From Armatimonadota bacterium (GTDB lineage: Bacteria; Armatimonadota; UBA5829; DTLH01), in NCBI GenBank assembly GCA_038207085.1, contig JBBRAE010000005.1:20181-84180 (forward strand): a stretch of 64,000 nt of DNA. Direction: 5' to 3'. Below the pieces are notes generated by a model. That model saw only the letters and a list, made by a program, of their open reading frames with translations, searched no databases and was not told the origin of the DNA. The position numbers and the translations under genes were made by a program. Below, piece by piece: positions 1 to 9,349 of the stretch. Each line of letters opens with the position of its first letter. Position 1 is the stretch's first letter.

Positions 1-385
1 CGGGGGTGAGCTTTTCGCCCTTGTCATTGGTCTGGTTCCAGGAAATGGAGAATGTCTTGCGCTCGCCGGCGGGGACTGTAAGCGAGGTTAGCATCTGGGC
101 AAACGCGCGGCCATGAGACCATCGCCAGACCTCGCGACCGTCTTTCACAGCCCACACGTCATACTGCAGCGCACTCGGGAAACGAAGCGTCACTGCCTCA
201 GTTGCTCGGTTCTCGACGATAAAGCTGATCACAACCGGCTCGCCGACTTTGTAGTCGGTCTTGTCGGCGCGCACGCCACTCAAAATCTGTTCGTTCACCT
301 GCGCCTGATTTCCATTCGCCGCTCCCAACGTCGAGGAGATAACCATAATAGCTACTAAAAGAGCTTCGGACAACAATGTTCTCAT
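1..385 (-). CDS. 5'-complete, 3'-truncated gene for a secreted protein (signal peptide MRTLLSEALLVAIMVISSTLGAANG); possible BsuPI-like proteinase-inhibitor domain
   Basis: Manual translation of the minus strand from the ATG at 383-385 reads MRTLLSEALLVAIMVISS...YKVGEPVVISFIVENRATEAVTLRFPSALQYDVWAVKDGREVWRWSHGRAF... The frame stays open to the window edge. The track's overlapping 198..623 ORF is Arg-rich junk in another frame. Confidence 0.45.
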   Translation of the reverse strand, partial: MRTLLSEALLVAIMVISSTLGAANGNQAQVNEQILSGVRADKTDYKVGEPVVISFIVENRATEAVTLRFPSALQYDVWAVKDGREVWRWSHGRAFAQMLTSLTVPAGERKTFSISWNQTNDKGEKLTP

Positions 386-463
386 AACGAAGCCGCCTTT
401 CCATCATGATTGTACCACCGGTTGAGGCTGCGCGAACCACAAAGGGAAACAATAGCTCCGGCG

Positions 464-1246
464 TTATTCTTTGGCCCGGTTCCAGACCTCTTCCATCTCT
501 TCGATCGAGAGGTCTTCGACGCGGCGGCCGGTCTCCCTTGCATGCTCTTCGATGCGGGTGAAGCGCGCTCCGAAGCGTTCGAGCATCTCGCGGAGCGACT
601 CCTCGGCGTCGACTTTCGCCCACCGGGAGATGTTTACGACGGTAAAGAGCAGGTCGCCGATCTCGTGTTTGATGTGCTCGGTGTCGCCGGAGTCGATGGC
701 CTCTTTCAGCTCGTCGGTCTCCTCGTGGAGCTTATCGAGGACGCCGGACATATCCGGCCACTCAAAGCCCGTTCGGGCGGCGCGTTTGGATATCTCAGTC
801 GCGCGGAGCAGCGCGGGCATGGACTTTGGAACCCCACCGATAGCCGAGGTGATCTCGACATTACCCGGTTCTTTTCGCTTGATCTCCTCCCAGTTGTGGA
901 GCACATCGTCGACGCCTGAGACTTCCACGTCCGAAAACACGTGGGGATGACGGCGCACGAGCTTCTTGCGGATCGTCTCGCATACCCCCGCGATGTCGAA
1001 CCGGCCCTCTTCGCGCGCGATCTGGGCGTGGAGGACGGCCTGTAGCATCAGGTCGCCGAGTTCTTCTTCGAGCTTGGTGTCGGAGCCCAGGTCTATCGCG
1101 TCGACGACCTCGTAGGCCTCCTCGATCACGTATTTGCGCAGGCTCTTGTGGTCCTGCTCGCGGTCCCAGGGGCAGCCCTCGGGGGAGCGAAGCATCTCGA
1201 CCACGTCGACAAGCTTTGCGAACTCTTCTTTTGTGCGATCAGTCAT
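464..1246 (-). CDS. mazG: Nucleoside triphosphate pyrophosphohydrolase MazG (tandem MazG domains)
   Basis: EEAYEV..AI...D..EELGDLLLQ motif present twice. 260 aa, typical MazG length and architecture. Confidence 0.85.
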   Translation of the reverse strand: MTDRTKEEFAKLVDVVEMLRSPEGCPWDREQDHKSLRKYVIEEAYEVVDAIDLGSDTKLEEELGDLMLQAVLHAQIAREEGRFDIAGVCETIRKKLVRRHPHVFSDVEVSGVDDVLHNWEEIKRKEPGNVEITSAIGGVPKSMPALLRATEISKRAARTGFEWPDMSGVLDKLHEETDELKEAIDSGDTEHIKHEIGDLLFTVVNISRWAKVDAEESLREMLERFGARFTRIEEHARETGRRVEDLSIEEMEEVWNRAKE

Positions 1247-1910
1247 TTGTTTCCAGCTCCGGCACGTATACGCTCGTGAGGTGATCGTAATCTCTGTGAT
1301 CCATCATGTAGAGCGACATCTTCTCGACTGAGGCGTCCGCCCCACCCGCGCCTGAGATCACGTAGACCTCAAACTCGTCGGGGTAGACCTCCATCAGGGC
1401 GAGCTTGACGTCGCTTGCGATGGAGCGGTCGTAGACCTGGTAGATCAGGTTGGGGCAGTCGCTTGCTGGGAGTGTGCTCGCAATCGCGAGCGCGTCGATC
1501 AATTTCAGGCCATCGTCGACCGAGGCTGCAAGTGTCTCAAGACACGCCTCGACGAAACTCTGGCTTGGGGCGAACTTCAGGGGAATCCCTTCCTCCCGCG
1601 CGAGCTTTACGATCAGGGCGACCGAGCGCTCCGCGACAAGAGGATGGCCCGGGACAGCGTAAGTTACCTCGCTTTCCCGGGCCTCACCTATCACTCTAAA
1701 TGCTATGGATTGGTATACTTCGGCAAACTCTGAAGCCGACAGATAAATATCATCGAAGGTCTCGAACCGCAGTCCCCGCGCTGCAAGCTCCTCCGCCGCC
1801 GGGTGCTCCGCGGTTCTCACCAGGAGCTTTTCGGCGGACTCTAGCGCCCTCATCGCCTGGGCCGACATAGCGTCTATCCCGGACGGTCCAAGACCTACGA
1901 TTGTAATCAA
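1239..1910 (-). CDS. Tetrapyrrole (corrin/porphyrin) methylase-family protein (YabN N-terminal-domain-like), overlapping mazG by 8 nt
   Basis: MITIVGLGPSGIDAMSAQAMRALESAEKLLVRT.. is the TP_methylase fold N-terminus. Gene order methylase-domain + MazG matches Bacillus yabN. The 8-nt start/stop overlap suggests translational coupling. Confidence 0.7.
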   Translation of the reverse strand: MITIVGLGPSGIDAMSAQAMRALESAEKLLVRTAEHPAAEELAARGLRFETFDDIYLSASEFAEVYQSIAFRVIGEARESEVTYAVPGHPLVAERSVALIVKLAREEGIPLKFAPSQSFVEACLETLAASVDDGLKLIDALAIASTLPASDCPNLIYQVYDRSIASDVKLALMEVYPDEFEVYVISGAGGADASVEKMSLYMMDHRDYDHLTSVYVPELETND

Positions 1911-1921
1911 TCCCTGTTATC

Positions 1922-2878
1922 CTACTTCTTCTTGTCGTCGGTCTTCTTCATAGCCGTGACGAGCGCCTTGTACTTGTCGTTGCTTGTTTCCATCTTGGTA
2001 TCTTTGCGCATTGCTTGGAACTTCTTGCCGATTTCAGGGTTTCTCTGGCCCGTTGCAAGTGCAAGTCCGTCGCGGATCTGGTCCTTGACATCGTTGAACG
2101 GCTTGACGTTTACGCCCTGATGATCCAGGCACCTGATGATAACCCAGTCGGCAGCCTTGCCGTTGACGACCACCTGGAACGGTTCGCTAAGCTCACCCTT
2201 CCTCAGCTTGAACGCGACATCCACAAGCTGCGCCGGGACGTTCTTCTGGCCGCGCCATACCCAGCCGAGTTCACCGGGGACTCTGCGGCTGCGGAGGGTG
2301 GGGTCGTCGCTCAAGTTCAAAACGACAGATGAGAAATCGGTTCCCTTCTTGATCTGCCCGTTCGCGGTGTCGATCTTCTTTTTGGTCTGGCAGACGATTG
2401 CGCCGATCTTGACGCGCTCGGGAGTGGTGAAGACCGTGGACTTGGTCTTGTCGTAGTAAGCGCGCGCCTGGGCATCGGTTACCTTGACCCCCTTGGTCAC
2501 CACGTTGAACTGTGCGAGCTGAATCGTTACGAAATCTTTCTTGTACTGCTCCAGGCTTATGTTGGAAGCCTGCAGACGCTGAGCGAGGTTACCTTCTTTT
2601 TTCTCAAGGTTGACCCGCTTGTCTATCTGCGCCTCGGTCGGGGTTACCCCTTCCTTCTTGGCAAGCTGCATCCACAGCTTCTCATCGATCATCTGCTGTA
2701 GCACGACCATCCCCGCGGGGCCGCCGTTTACGGGAACGCTTTCGAGCTTGTTGTAAAACTCGTCTTTGGTGATCTTGTCATCACCGACTGTTGCCAAAGT
2801 ATTCTTGCCGCATCCTGTCAGGCCCGTTGCAACCACGGCGCCGAGTGCGGCGACTACCGCCAACTTATTCCACTGCAT
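1922..2878 (-). CDS. PpiC-type peptidyl-prolyl isomerase lipoprotein (PrsA/SurA-like)
   Basis: Start chosen at MQWNKLAVVAALGAVVATGLTGCGK (signal peptide plus lipobox LTGC). The longer ORF-track start has no signal. Parvulin-like region ...GELGWVWRGQ... Confidence 0.7.
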   Translation of the reverse strand: MQWNKLAVVAALGAVVATGLTGCGKNTLATVGDDKITKDEFYNKLESVPVNGGPAGMVVLQQMIDEKLWMQLAKKEGVTPTEAQIDKRVNLEKKEGNLAQRLQASNISLEQYKKDFVTIQLAQFNVVTKGVKVTDAQARAYYDKTKSTVFTTPERVKIGAIVCQTKKKIDTANGQIKKGTDFSSVVLNLSDDPTLRSRRVPGELGWVWRGQKNVPAQLVDVAFKLRKGELSEPFQVVVNGKAADWVIIRCLDHQGVNVKPFNDVKDQIRDGLALATGQRNPEIGKKFQAMRKDTKMETSNDKYKALVTAMKKTDDKKK

Positions 2879-2997
2879 AGTGATGTGTTTCGACTCCTCT
2901 CTGGATAAAGAGATCAGATTTTGAGTTACAAGCAACTCGCGGCTCAAAGTTCGCACCGTTGCTTGCGGGAAAGGACATCGCAAAATCCGCTATGTCC

Positions 2998-3771
2998 TTA
3001 AGAGCGGAACAGCGCCACATCCCTCTGCAAATAACCCCGCAGACGGAGCACCGCCTGAGTGTGTAGCTGATACACCCTCGATTCGGACACCTCAAGGATT
3101 TTTCCGATTTCCTTAAAGGTAAGTCCTTCATAATAGTACAACGTAAGTACCAGGTTTTCCCTGGGCGGCAGACGGTCTATAGCTTGTCCAAGCGACAGTT
3201 TCATCGCCTTGACCTCGACCTCCCCCAGGGTGTTCGAGTTTTCGTCGCGGATTACGTCGGCGAGCTGGATCTTTTCGTTGCCCTCGCTTGAAAGCACAAT
3301 GTCATCAAGCGAAAGCAGCGAGGCGCGCCCCGTATCTGCAAGCACGGAATGGAACGAGTCTATGTCCATCCCAAGCGTCTGCGCGACTTCTTCATCCTCC
3401 GCCGGCCTGCCAAGTCGGCTCTCAAGGGACATATAGGCCCTCTCAAGCGCCTTGACACGCTCGCGAACAGACCGGGGAACCCAGTCCTCTTCACGGAGCA
3501 TTTCAAGAATCGCTCCCCGGATAAGGGCGATGGCGTAGGTCTCAAACTTGACCTGCCTGGACATATCGAACTGGTCGATAGCCTTGATGAGCCCTATCAC
3601 GCCAGCGCCGATCAGGTCTTCCCTGTCGACGTTGGGCGGAAGGCTCGTCACCACCCTGCCCGCGGTTATCTTAACGAGGTAGGAGTACTGCGTAATGAGC
3701 GCATCCCTAGCCTTCTGGTCACCCCAGACCTTATACCTGGACCATGCTTCTGCGAGTTCGGTTGCTTGCAT
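2998..3771 (-). CDS. RNA polymerase sigma factor, sigma-70 group 3 (FliA/WhiG/SigB family)
   Basis: Regions 2/3/4 are recognisable: region 2.x at the N-terminus, region 3, and a C-terminal region 4 HTH (LTLYYYEGLTFKEIGKILEVSESRVYQLHTQAVLRLR). 257 aa. Confidence 0.8.
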   Translation of the reverse strand: MQATELAEAWSRYKVWGDQKARDALITQYSYLVKITAGRVVTSLPPNVDREDLIGAGVIGLIKAIDQFDMSRQVKFETYAIALIRGAILEMLREEDWVPRSVRERVKALERAYMSLESRLGRPAEDEEVAQTLGMDIDSFHSVLADTGRASLLSLDDIVLSSEGNEKIQLADVIRDENSNTLGEVEVKAMKLSLGQAIDRLPPRENLVLTLYYYEGLTFKEIGKILEVSESRVYQLHTQAVLRLRGYLQRDVALFRS

Positions 3772-4084
3772 TCATTCTCTCCGCCGGTCACCGGCGCGCG
3801 TTATAACTAGCCATCTTCATTCGTTTCACGAACAAAGCTCCTGGCATCAATTTGGTTCTTCCACAAACATTTACAAAATTTCCCGCAAAATTACCTGAGC
3901 AGGAAACCTGTGCACATGTTATCGGACACACCCCGCATTGTCAACAAGCGCTACCGTTTCGCCAACCGACGGACGCTGGCCTGCCTCATTTATCTATATT
4001 ACGCAAGTTAGGCGCGAAACATTCCCATCAATACACAGCTAAATTATAAGATGACAAATAATCGCGCCGCATCCCAAGGCATCT

Positions 4085-4170
4085 ACTCTTACAGAACACC
4101 TGGTGCAACTGCACCTCAAATCTTACAGCACGGTTACATGCACCCTGAATATGCGTGCTAGCTTACAGGA
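4085..4170 (+). promoter_or_regulatory. Direct repeats CTTACAG (x3) plus TTACAT upstream of pit; candidate regulator-binding array (Pho-box-like)
   Basis: CTTACAG at 4088, 4122 and 4162, and TTACAT at 4134. Flanking TGCACCTCAAAT / TGCACCCTGAAT repeat units. The array sits 80-155 nt upstream of the pit start. Confidence 0.3.
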
Positions 4171-4243
4171 CGCTTGCATATACTCCCGGTGCTCTGATAA
4201 ACTACTATGGTGCAATTCTGAAAGTGCGCACGGAGAGTAGAAT

Positions 4244-5257
4244 TTGCTGATCGCTATTATCGCAATTATTGTAGTGGCTCTGATATTCGACTATATCAAC
4301 GGATTTCACGACGCCGCAAACTCCATCGCGACGATTGTCGCGACCAAGGTCCTGACACCGCTTTGGGCTGTCGTGTGGGCGGCATTTTTCAACTTCATAG
4401 CCGCGTTTGTTTTCGAGCCGCACGTGGCAACGACAATCCAGGGCAAGATTGTGGAACAGAGCATAATCGACCCCGTGGTTGTCTTTGCAGCCCTTGCGGG
4501 GGCAATCATCTGGAACCTGATCACCTGGTGGCTGGCGCTCCCTACAAGCTCAAGTCACGCGCTGATCGGCGGACTGGTCGGAGCGGCGCTCACCAAGTCC
4601 TGGCTCATAACCAAACATTTCAGCCTGGATGCTCTTAAGATGGACGGGCTGACAAGAGTCGTCTTGTTCATATTCCTTGCCCCGCTCTTTGGACTGATCC
4701 TTGGGCTTATCACAATGTCCATTGTGTCGTGGACTTGCCGCAAGAAGGCCCGTGGGCGTGTCGATGGCTGGTTCAGGCGACTGCAGCTTGTTTCCGCTGC
4801 CGCTTACAGCCTCGGGCACGGTCTAAACGACGCGCAGAAAACGATGGGCATCATCTGGATGCTTCTGATCTTTATGAACCCAGTCAAGTATTCCGCGCAC
4901 CTGCCTTTTTGGGTGATTATCATCTGCCACGCGGCACTCGCAGCCGGAACGATGAGCGGAGGGTGGAGAATCGTCCACACAATGGGGATGAAGATCACCA
5001 AGCTTCAGCCACCCGGAGGCTTCAGCGCCGAGACCGCCGCGGCGATCACCCTGATCGGCGTCTCCCACCTCGGTATCCCCGTCAGCACCACCCATACCAT
5101 CACCGGCGCGATCGTAGGCGTGGGGGCAACCAGGAGGCTTTCAGCGGTGCGCTGGGGAGTTGCCGGAAGAATCATCTGGGCGTGGGTTTTGACCATTCCG
5201 GCGTCGGCCATAGTTGGCATGGTGTCATACCTTTTGGTCTATCCTTTCGTAAGATAA
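4244..5257 (+). CDS. pit: Inorganic phosphate transporter, PiT family
   Basis: GFHDAANSIAT signature near the N-terminus, with a second copy of the motif region later (GLNDAQKTMGII). Multi-TM protein. TTG start as given by the track; an alternative downstream start is possible. Confidence 0.85.
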   Translation: MLIAIIAIIVVALIFDYINGFHDAANSIATIVATKVLTPLWAVVWAAFFNFIAAFVFEPHVATTIQGKIVEQSIIDPVVVFAALAGAIIWNLITWWLALPTSSSHALIGGLVGAALTKSWLITKHFSLDALKMDGLTRVVLFIFLAPLFGLILGLITMSIVSWTCRKKARGRVDGWFRRLQLVSAAAYSLGHGLNDAQKTMGIIWMLLIFMNPVKYSAHLPFWVIIICHAALAAGTMSGGWRIVHTMGMKITKLQPPGGFSAETAAAITLIGVSHLGIPVSTTHTITGAIVGVGATRRLSAVRWGVAGRIIWAWVLTIPASAIVGMVSYLLVYPFVR

Positions 5258-5258
5258 C

Positions 5259-5318
5259 CAGTGGCGCTTGCGCCGCAATAGACCATTAAGAGACAGCGCG
5301 GATAGCGCCGTCGACTTG
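5259..5318 (+). repeat. Family-A REP-like palindromic repeat, copy 1 (immediately after the pit stop)
   Basis: gtggcgcttgcgcc ... agagacagcgcggatagcgccgtcga matches the copies at 9169-9262 and 31019-31082. Confidence 0.6.
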
Positions 5319-5347
5319 AAAACGAGTTTATAAAAAGAGGCATTACC

Positions 5348-5977
5348 GTGAAATTGAGATTGATACCGCACGAAGAGAATTTCTTCGAGTTGTTCAGTGA
5401 GCAGGCGGAAACTATTGTTGAAGCAGCCGATCTCCTGATCGAAATCATGCGCGATTACACCGATTTGCACCACAAAGTGCTGCAAATGAACAAAATCGAG
5501 CACAAGGCAGATGAGATCGCTCACCGCATTGTCGAGCGGCTGAACCTGACGTTCATCACGCCGATCGACTCCGAAGACATCCATTCGCTTTCTTCCGCGA
5601 TCGACGACATCGTCGACTTCATAGACGCCTCCGTCGAGCGGCTCGTGCTCTACAAGGTCAAGGCGCCGACTGAAGATGCGCGCCAGCTCGCGACGATTCT
5701 CCACCGCGCGTGCGAAGAGACCCAAGCCGCCGTCGGCCAACTGAGCCAGTTTAAGAAGAAACCGGCAGCCATCAGGCAGAGCTGGATCGAGATCAACAGA
5801 CTCGAAAACGAAGGCGACATAGCAAGCCGTTCGGCTATCGCGAACTTGTTTGAGAACGAAACCAACGCAGTGGAAGTGATCAAATGGAAAGAGATCTATG
5901 AGCACCTCGAAACGGCGATCGACAAGTGCGAGGACGTCGCAAATATCTTGGAGCAGATCGTGCTGAAGCATTCGTGA
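5348..5977 (+). CDS. DUF47 / PhoU-like protein (putative Pit accessory/regulator)
   Basis: 209 aa helical protein with the PhoU-like repeat pattern. DUF47 genes are typically adjacent to pit. GTG start. Confidence 0.7.
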   Translation: MKLRLIPHEENFFELFSEQAETIVEAADLLIEIMRDYTDLHHKVLQMNKIEHKADEIAHRIVERLNLTFITPIDSEDIHSLSSAIDDIVDFIDASVERLVLYKVKAPTEDARQLATILHRACEETQAAVGQLSQFKKKPAAIRQSWIEINRLENEGDIASRSAIANLFENETNAVEVIKWKEIYEHLETAIDKCEDVANILEQIVLKHS

Positions 5978-6019
5978 GAAGGAGCTATTAGCAGTTTGGG
6001 GGGGTTGGCATAACCAATC

Positions 6020-6195
6020 GGCACTGCACGTAGGGGCGGACCAGTGTGCCCGCCCTCCCCCGGCGACGGTGAATATGTCACCGATAGCCCCCAAAGCCGG
6101 CAATGGTCCGCAGTCGGATTGAGATAACCCACTGGTGACATATTGATCTCAGCGATCAAGGGCGCACACATTGGTGCGCCCCTACGTAGTTGGCC
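6020..6195. repeat. About 175-bp element with nested inverted repeats (possible degenerate REPIN/MITE or structured RNA)
   Basis: Outer arms: GGCACTGCACGTAGGGGCGGACCAGTGTGCCCGCCC (6020-6055) pairs with the reverse complement of GGGCGCACACATTGGTGCGCCCCTACGTAGTTGGCC (6159-6195). Inner arms: GAATATGTCACC (6070-6082) pairs with GGTGACATATTG (6133-6145). Confidence 0.5.
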
Positions 6196-6244
6196 TGTGC
6201 ATTTTCCGACCCCGATGGCACCTGATAGCTGACGGCTAATAGCT

Positions 6245-6290
6245 AAAAAAGCCCCCCATCCCGAAGGATGAGGGGCTTTTGTTGTTCTTT
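6245..6290. terminator. Bidirectional intrinsic terminator between convergent DUF47 (+) and SLH-porin (-) genes
   Basis: aaaaaaGCCCCCCATCCcgaaGGATGAGGGGCttttgttgtt. An 11-bp stem with one mismatch, an A-run 5' and a T-run 3'. Confidence 0.6.
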
Positions 6291-6307
6291 AGCTTGTTCT
6301 AGAAAGA

Positions 6308-8230
6308 CTAGAACTTGGCCTGGAACTGAGCAACGGCAACCGCGCCCTTGTAAGCAGCTCCATTATTGTAGGGAGTGCCGACTTCGGTGTCGATGATCTG
6401 GTAGCTCAGGCTCATGCCTGCGCTCGGGTTGAACTGATGCGCGATACCGATAGTGATATAATCCTCATCACCATCAGTGCCGGTCTCGGAAGGACTCCAC
6501 TCAGTTCTGTTCCAGCCGAGGCTCACGTTGTTGGTGCTGGCGAAGCCCCACTTGAGGGCGATCTCAGCGTTCCAAACATCATCATCAGTGTCATCCATGT
6601 AGATGACAGGATTGGTGATGTTATTAGCACCGCTGTAGAAGCGACCTTTGCCAACCAGGTTCAGGTTTGCACCAAGACCATAGTTGAGGTCCGCATACCA
6701 ACCTTCGACGTTTGTCGGGTTGGTCCACATACCGAGCTTGTCCCAGTAGCCAGCGCCACCGAAGTTGTTCTCGACTGATTTCCAGCCAAGACCAACGCCG
6801 AGCTTGCCAAGACCAAAGCCTACGCTGTAGTCCTGTGCAGTGTTGTTATCGTCGATGTCAGCCGCGCCGGCGTCGCCGGTTGTGGTTGACTGCTCGTACT
6901 CAGCGCCCATCGCGAAGTTGCCAAGCATGAAGTTGGCATCTGCGCCCCAGATCTCGGCGTTGTCATACTGGGTAGCGGTAGTAGCAATCGGGCCTGCGGC
7001 CTGGATGTAGTTGATTCCGAGCTTGCCCTTGAACGGGGTTCCGAACGCAAGGCGAGCACCTGCAGCCTGGTCGACGGAACCAAGTCCACCAATACCATGG
7101 CCGCCTGCTGCATGGAAGACCGTGGTGCCAAGCACGCCGGTGTCAGCAGGATCATACAGACCGACTGTCGGCTGGGAAACAAGTCCGATGCCGAGCAGGT
7201 CGTTCTGGTTGGTCTTTGCAGCCCAACCGGAAAGGTCAACTCCGCCCATTCTCCAAGCGAACTTGCCGCCGTCGAGGGGGTAGTTGCCGCTGTCGAGCTG
7301 GCTATCATACACGTAGCTGTCGATGTCGATCATCTTCAGGGTGTACTTGGTCATCTGGACAGGGATTCGACCGACGGAAACGCTGCCGCCACCAAGGCCG
7401 GCTTCTGCGTACATGTAGTACGGGAAGAAGTCGTCGCCGGTGCCGGATGTCGGGCGTACGGTGTTCGAACCGGTGTAGTCAGTGATGACTCCACCGTGGT
7501 AGCCGAACAGGTAGTTGCCGAAGTTGATGTCGGCATGAGCTGTGAACGCAGGCGAGAGGCCAGCGGTCAACTGCAGGTCCATGTCACGGACGAAGCTGAT
7601 CGCGTTGATCAGTTCGCCAGTTCCAGTGCCAGGGCCCTGGAGCGGGCGGCCGTCGATGTCGATCGGAGCGCCGGTATCCTGACTTGTAGCGATACCGAAT
7701 ACGTTCAGATCGCCGTTCCATCTGACTCTGCGCTGTTCCTTCTCGACTGCATCAACGCGAGCAGCCAGAGCAGCAACGTCTCTCTTGAGAGCATCAACGT
7801 CAACGCCGAGGCCCGCGAGTTCGTCGCGGAACTCGTTGACGAGCTGCTGAAGAGCCTTGAAGTCGGCCTGGGTAACATAGTCGCCACCCTTAGGAGCGTT
7901 CTCCAGAGCGGTCACGCGGGAAGAAAGAGCGTTCAGCTCTTCCTTGCTCGCGAGGCCACCGAGCTCAGGAGAAGTTACTCTTGCAAGAACTCTCTCCTCA
8001 AGAACGGGGATCATTCTGGCGATTGCAGCTGCGAACTCGAAGCGAGTAAGAGCTCTCTTGCCTGAGAATGTGCCATCGGGGTATCCGATGATGATGCCGT
8101 CCTGCTGAAGGCTGTTGACGGCTTCGTAGGCCCAATGATCGGTGGGAACGTCCGAGAACGAACCCTGTGCAAACATCGGGGTGACGCAGCACACGCCAAG
8201 GACTACCAGTCCAATAAGTGTCTTTTTCAT
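6308..8230 (-). CDS. SLH-domain outer-membrane porin (OmpM/Slp-like: N-terminal SLH, coiled coil, C-terminal beta-barrel ending in Phe)
   Basis: Start at MKKTLIGLVVLGVCCVTPMFAQG (signal peptide; AAGGAG sits 8 nt upstream). SLH motif FSDVPTDHWAYEAVNSLQQDGIIIGYPDGTFSGKRALTRFEFAAAIARM. Heptad coiled coil. Gly/aromatic-rich alternating beta-strands. Terminal ...AQFQAKF. Confidence 0.8.
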   Translation of the reverse strand: MKKTLIGLVVLGVCCVTPMFAQGSFSDVPTDHWAYEAVNSLQQDGIIIGYPDGTFSGKRALTRFEFAAAIARMIPVLEERVLARVTSPELGGLASKEELNALSSRVTALENAPKGGDYVTQADFKALQQLVNEFRDELAGLGVDVDALKRDVAALAARVDAVEKEQRRVRWNGDLNVFGIATSQDTGAPIDIDGRPLQGPGTGTGELINAISFVRDMDLQLTAGLSPAFTAHADINFGNYLFGYHGGVITDYTGSNTVRPTSGTGDDFFPYYMYAEAGLGGGSVSVGRIPVQMTKYTLKMIDIDSYVYDSQLDSGNYPLDGGKFAWRMGGVDLSGWAAKTNQNDLLGIGLVSQPTVGLYDPADTGVLGTTVFHAAGGHGIGGLGSVDQAAGARLAFGTPFKGKLGINYIQAAGPIATTATQYDNAEIWGADANFMLGNFAMGAEYEQSTTTGDAGAADIDDNNTAQDYSVGFGLGKLGVGLGWKSVENNFGGAGYWDKLGMWTNPTNVEGWYADLNYGLGANLNLVGKGRFYSGANNITNPVIYMDDTDDDVWNAEIALKWGFASTNNVSLGWNRTEWSPSETGTDGDEDYITIGIAHQFNPSAGMSLSYQIIDTEVGTPYNNGAAYKGAVAVAQFQAKF

Positions 8231-8609
8231 TAATTTACTCCTTGAATGTCTTTTCAGACTCGGCAGGAGGGAGCTAGTTTGTTTCAAACCTTTGCATGGT
8301 CAGTATCCAATGTTGCCTAACCAACGCTCCGGTTCTCGATCGTGCTACCTCTCTGCCTATACTATCACTTGACGGCCGTTACAGGCATTCAAGGTTGTTT
8401 CACCTCCCTTCGACCTGTGCCGTTTCTAGCGCGATAGTCCGCTTGGTTGTAAGTCTCTCACCCATTTCAGGGTTTAAGACTATTAGCTTGTGACGCAGGC
8501 TTGTCTGCTTGATTCCCTTTTTTCGAAAATTTTACCGAAAAAAGTGCCCGCTTGCCACCACAGCTTGTTCTCTATGGTATGCCCGCTACACCAAGGAGTT
8601 AAACCCGAG

Positions 8610-9149
8610 CTACACGTTTTCGCTCACGATCGCGAAGTTTCCGAGCTTGTCCGCCGCAAACTCCGCTGTTCCGTCGGCCCTGAGAGTAACGGCAACCGGC
8701 GCTCCCGTTGACGTAACCAGCGGACGAAATACCGGCACGCGGTCGGTGTCGTCGGCGATCATGATAACGAGCCTGCGCCCCTGTGGAAGGGTGCGAGTCA
8801 CAGGGATCCGCAGTATCACCGGAGCCGCAAGGGCAAGCGCGGGTCTTGGCGACTGGACGGTCTCTATACTCGCCGCGCCGACAAAGCCGAAACCCTGAGG
8901 GATCGTCGCGGCAAGCCCGACCGGGGATGGGAACCGGGTAAAGCGCAGGAGTGTCGGGGTCTTTACCGCCGCCGAGACGGAGTTTACGAATATCCCCGTC
9001 TGCCCAACAAGCACAAAGTCACCCGTCCCGGCAGGCGTGAGCTCAAGCGTGGAGCTCGCGGCCCGGCCGGTGTCGCCGGAGCCACCTCCACCGCCGCAGC
9101 CACTGAGCAGGACTGTCAATACAGCAAGAAACGCGGAAAATAGTCTCAT
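8610..9149 (-). CDS. Hypothetical lipoprotein
   Basis: Start at MRLFSAFLAVLTVLLSGCGGGGGSGD (lipobox LLSGC). AAGGAGGAAG RBS upstream. The longer track ORF has no upstream RBS. Confidence 0.55.
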   Translation of the reverse strand: MRLFSAFLAVLTVLLSGCGGGGGSGDTGRAASSTLELTPAGTGDFVLVGQTGIFVNSVSAAVKTPTLLRFTRFPSPVGLAATIPQGFGFVGAASIETVQSPRPALALAAPVILRIPVTRTLPQGRRLVIMIADDTDRVPVFRPLVTSTGAPVAVTLRADGTAEFAADKLGNFAIVSENV

Positions 9150-9168
9150 CGCCACTTCCTCCTTACCT

Positions 9169-9262
9169 CTGGTGGCGCATAGCGCCAGCCCTTTCGCAGC
9201 CTTTGGCTGCGAAAGGGCTTTGAGAGACGGCGCGGATAGCGCCGTCGATACCGAACACGCTA
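9169..9262 (+). repeat. Family-A REP-like palindromic repeat, copy 2 (with an extra inserted hairpin)
   Basis: ggtggcgcatagcgccagcc + CCCTTTCGCAGCCtttGGCTGCGAAAGGG + tttgagagacggcgcggatagcgccgtcgataccgaacacgc. Palindromic units GGCGC-ATA-GCGCC and GGCGC-GGATA-GCGCC. Confidence 0.65.
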
Positions 9263-9349
9263 AACTCTTTCCTGTTCGCCCGCTGACTAAACCAAGCACT
9301 GGTTGAGTTGTGCGGATAATGGGGAAAAGACAGCCTGAACGCTAGGAGG

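Noticed and set aside
198-623. 141-aa minus-strand ORF at the window start.
   Set aside because: Arg-rich junk. A different minus-strand frame from the ATG at 383-385 gives a clean signal-peptide protein instead.
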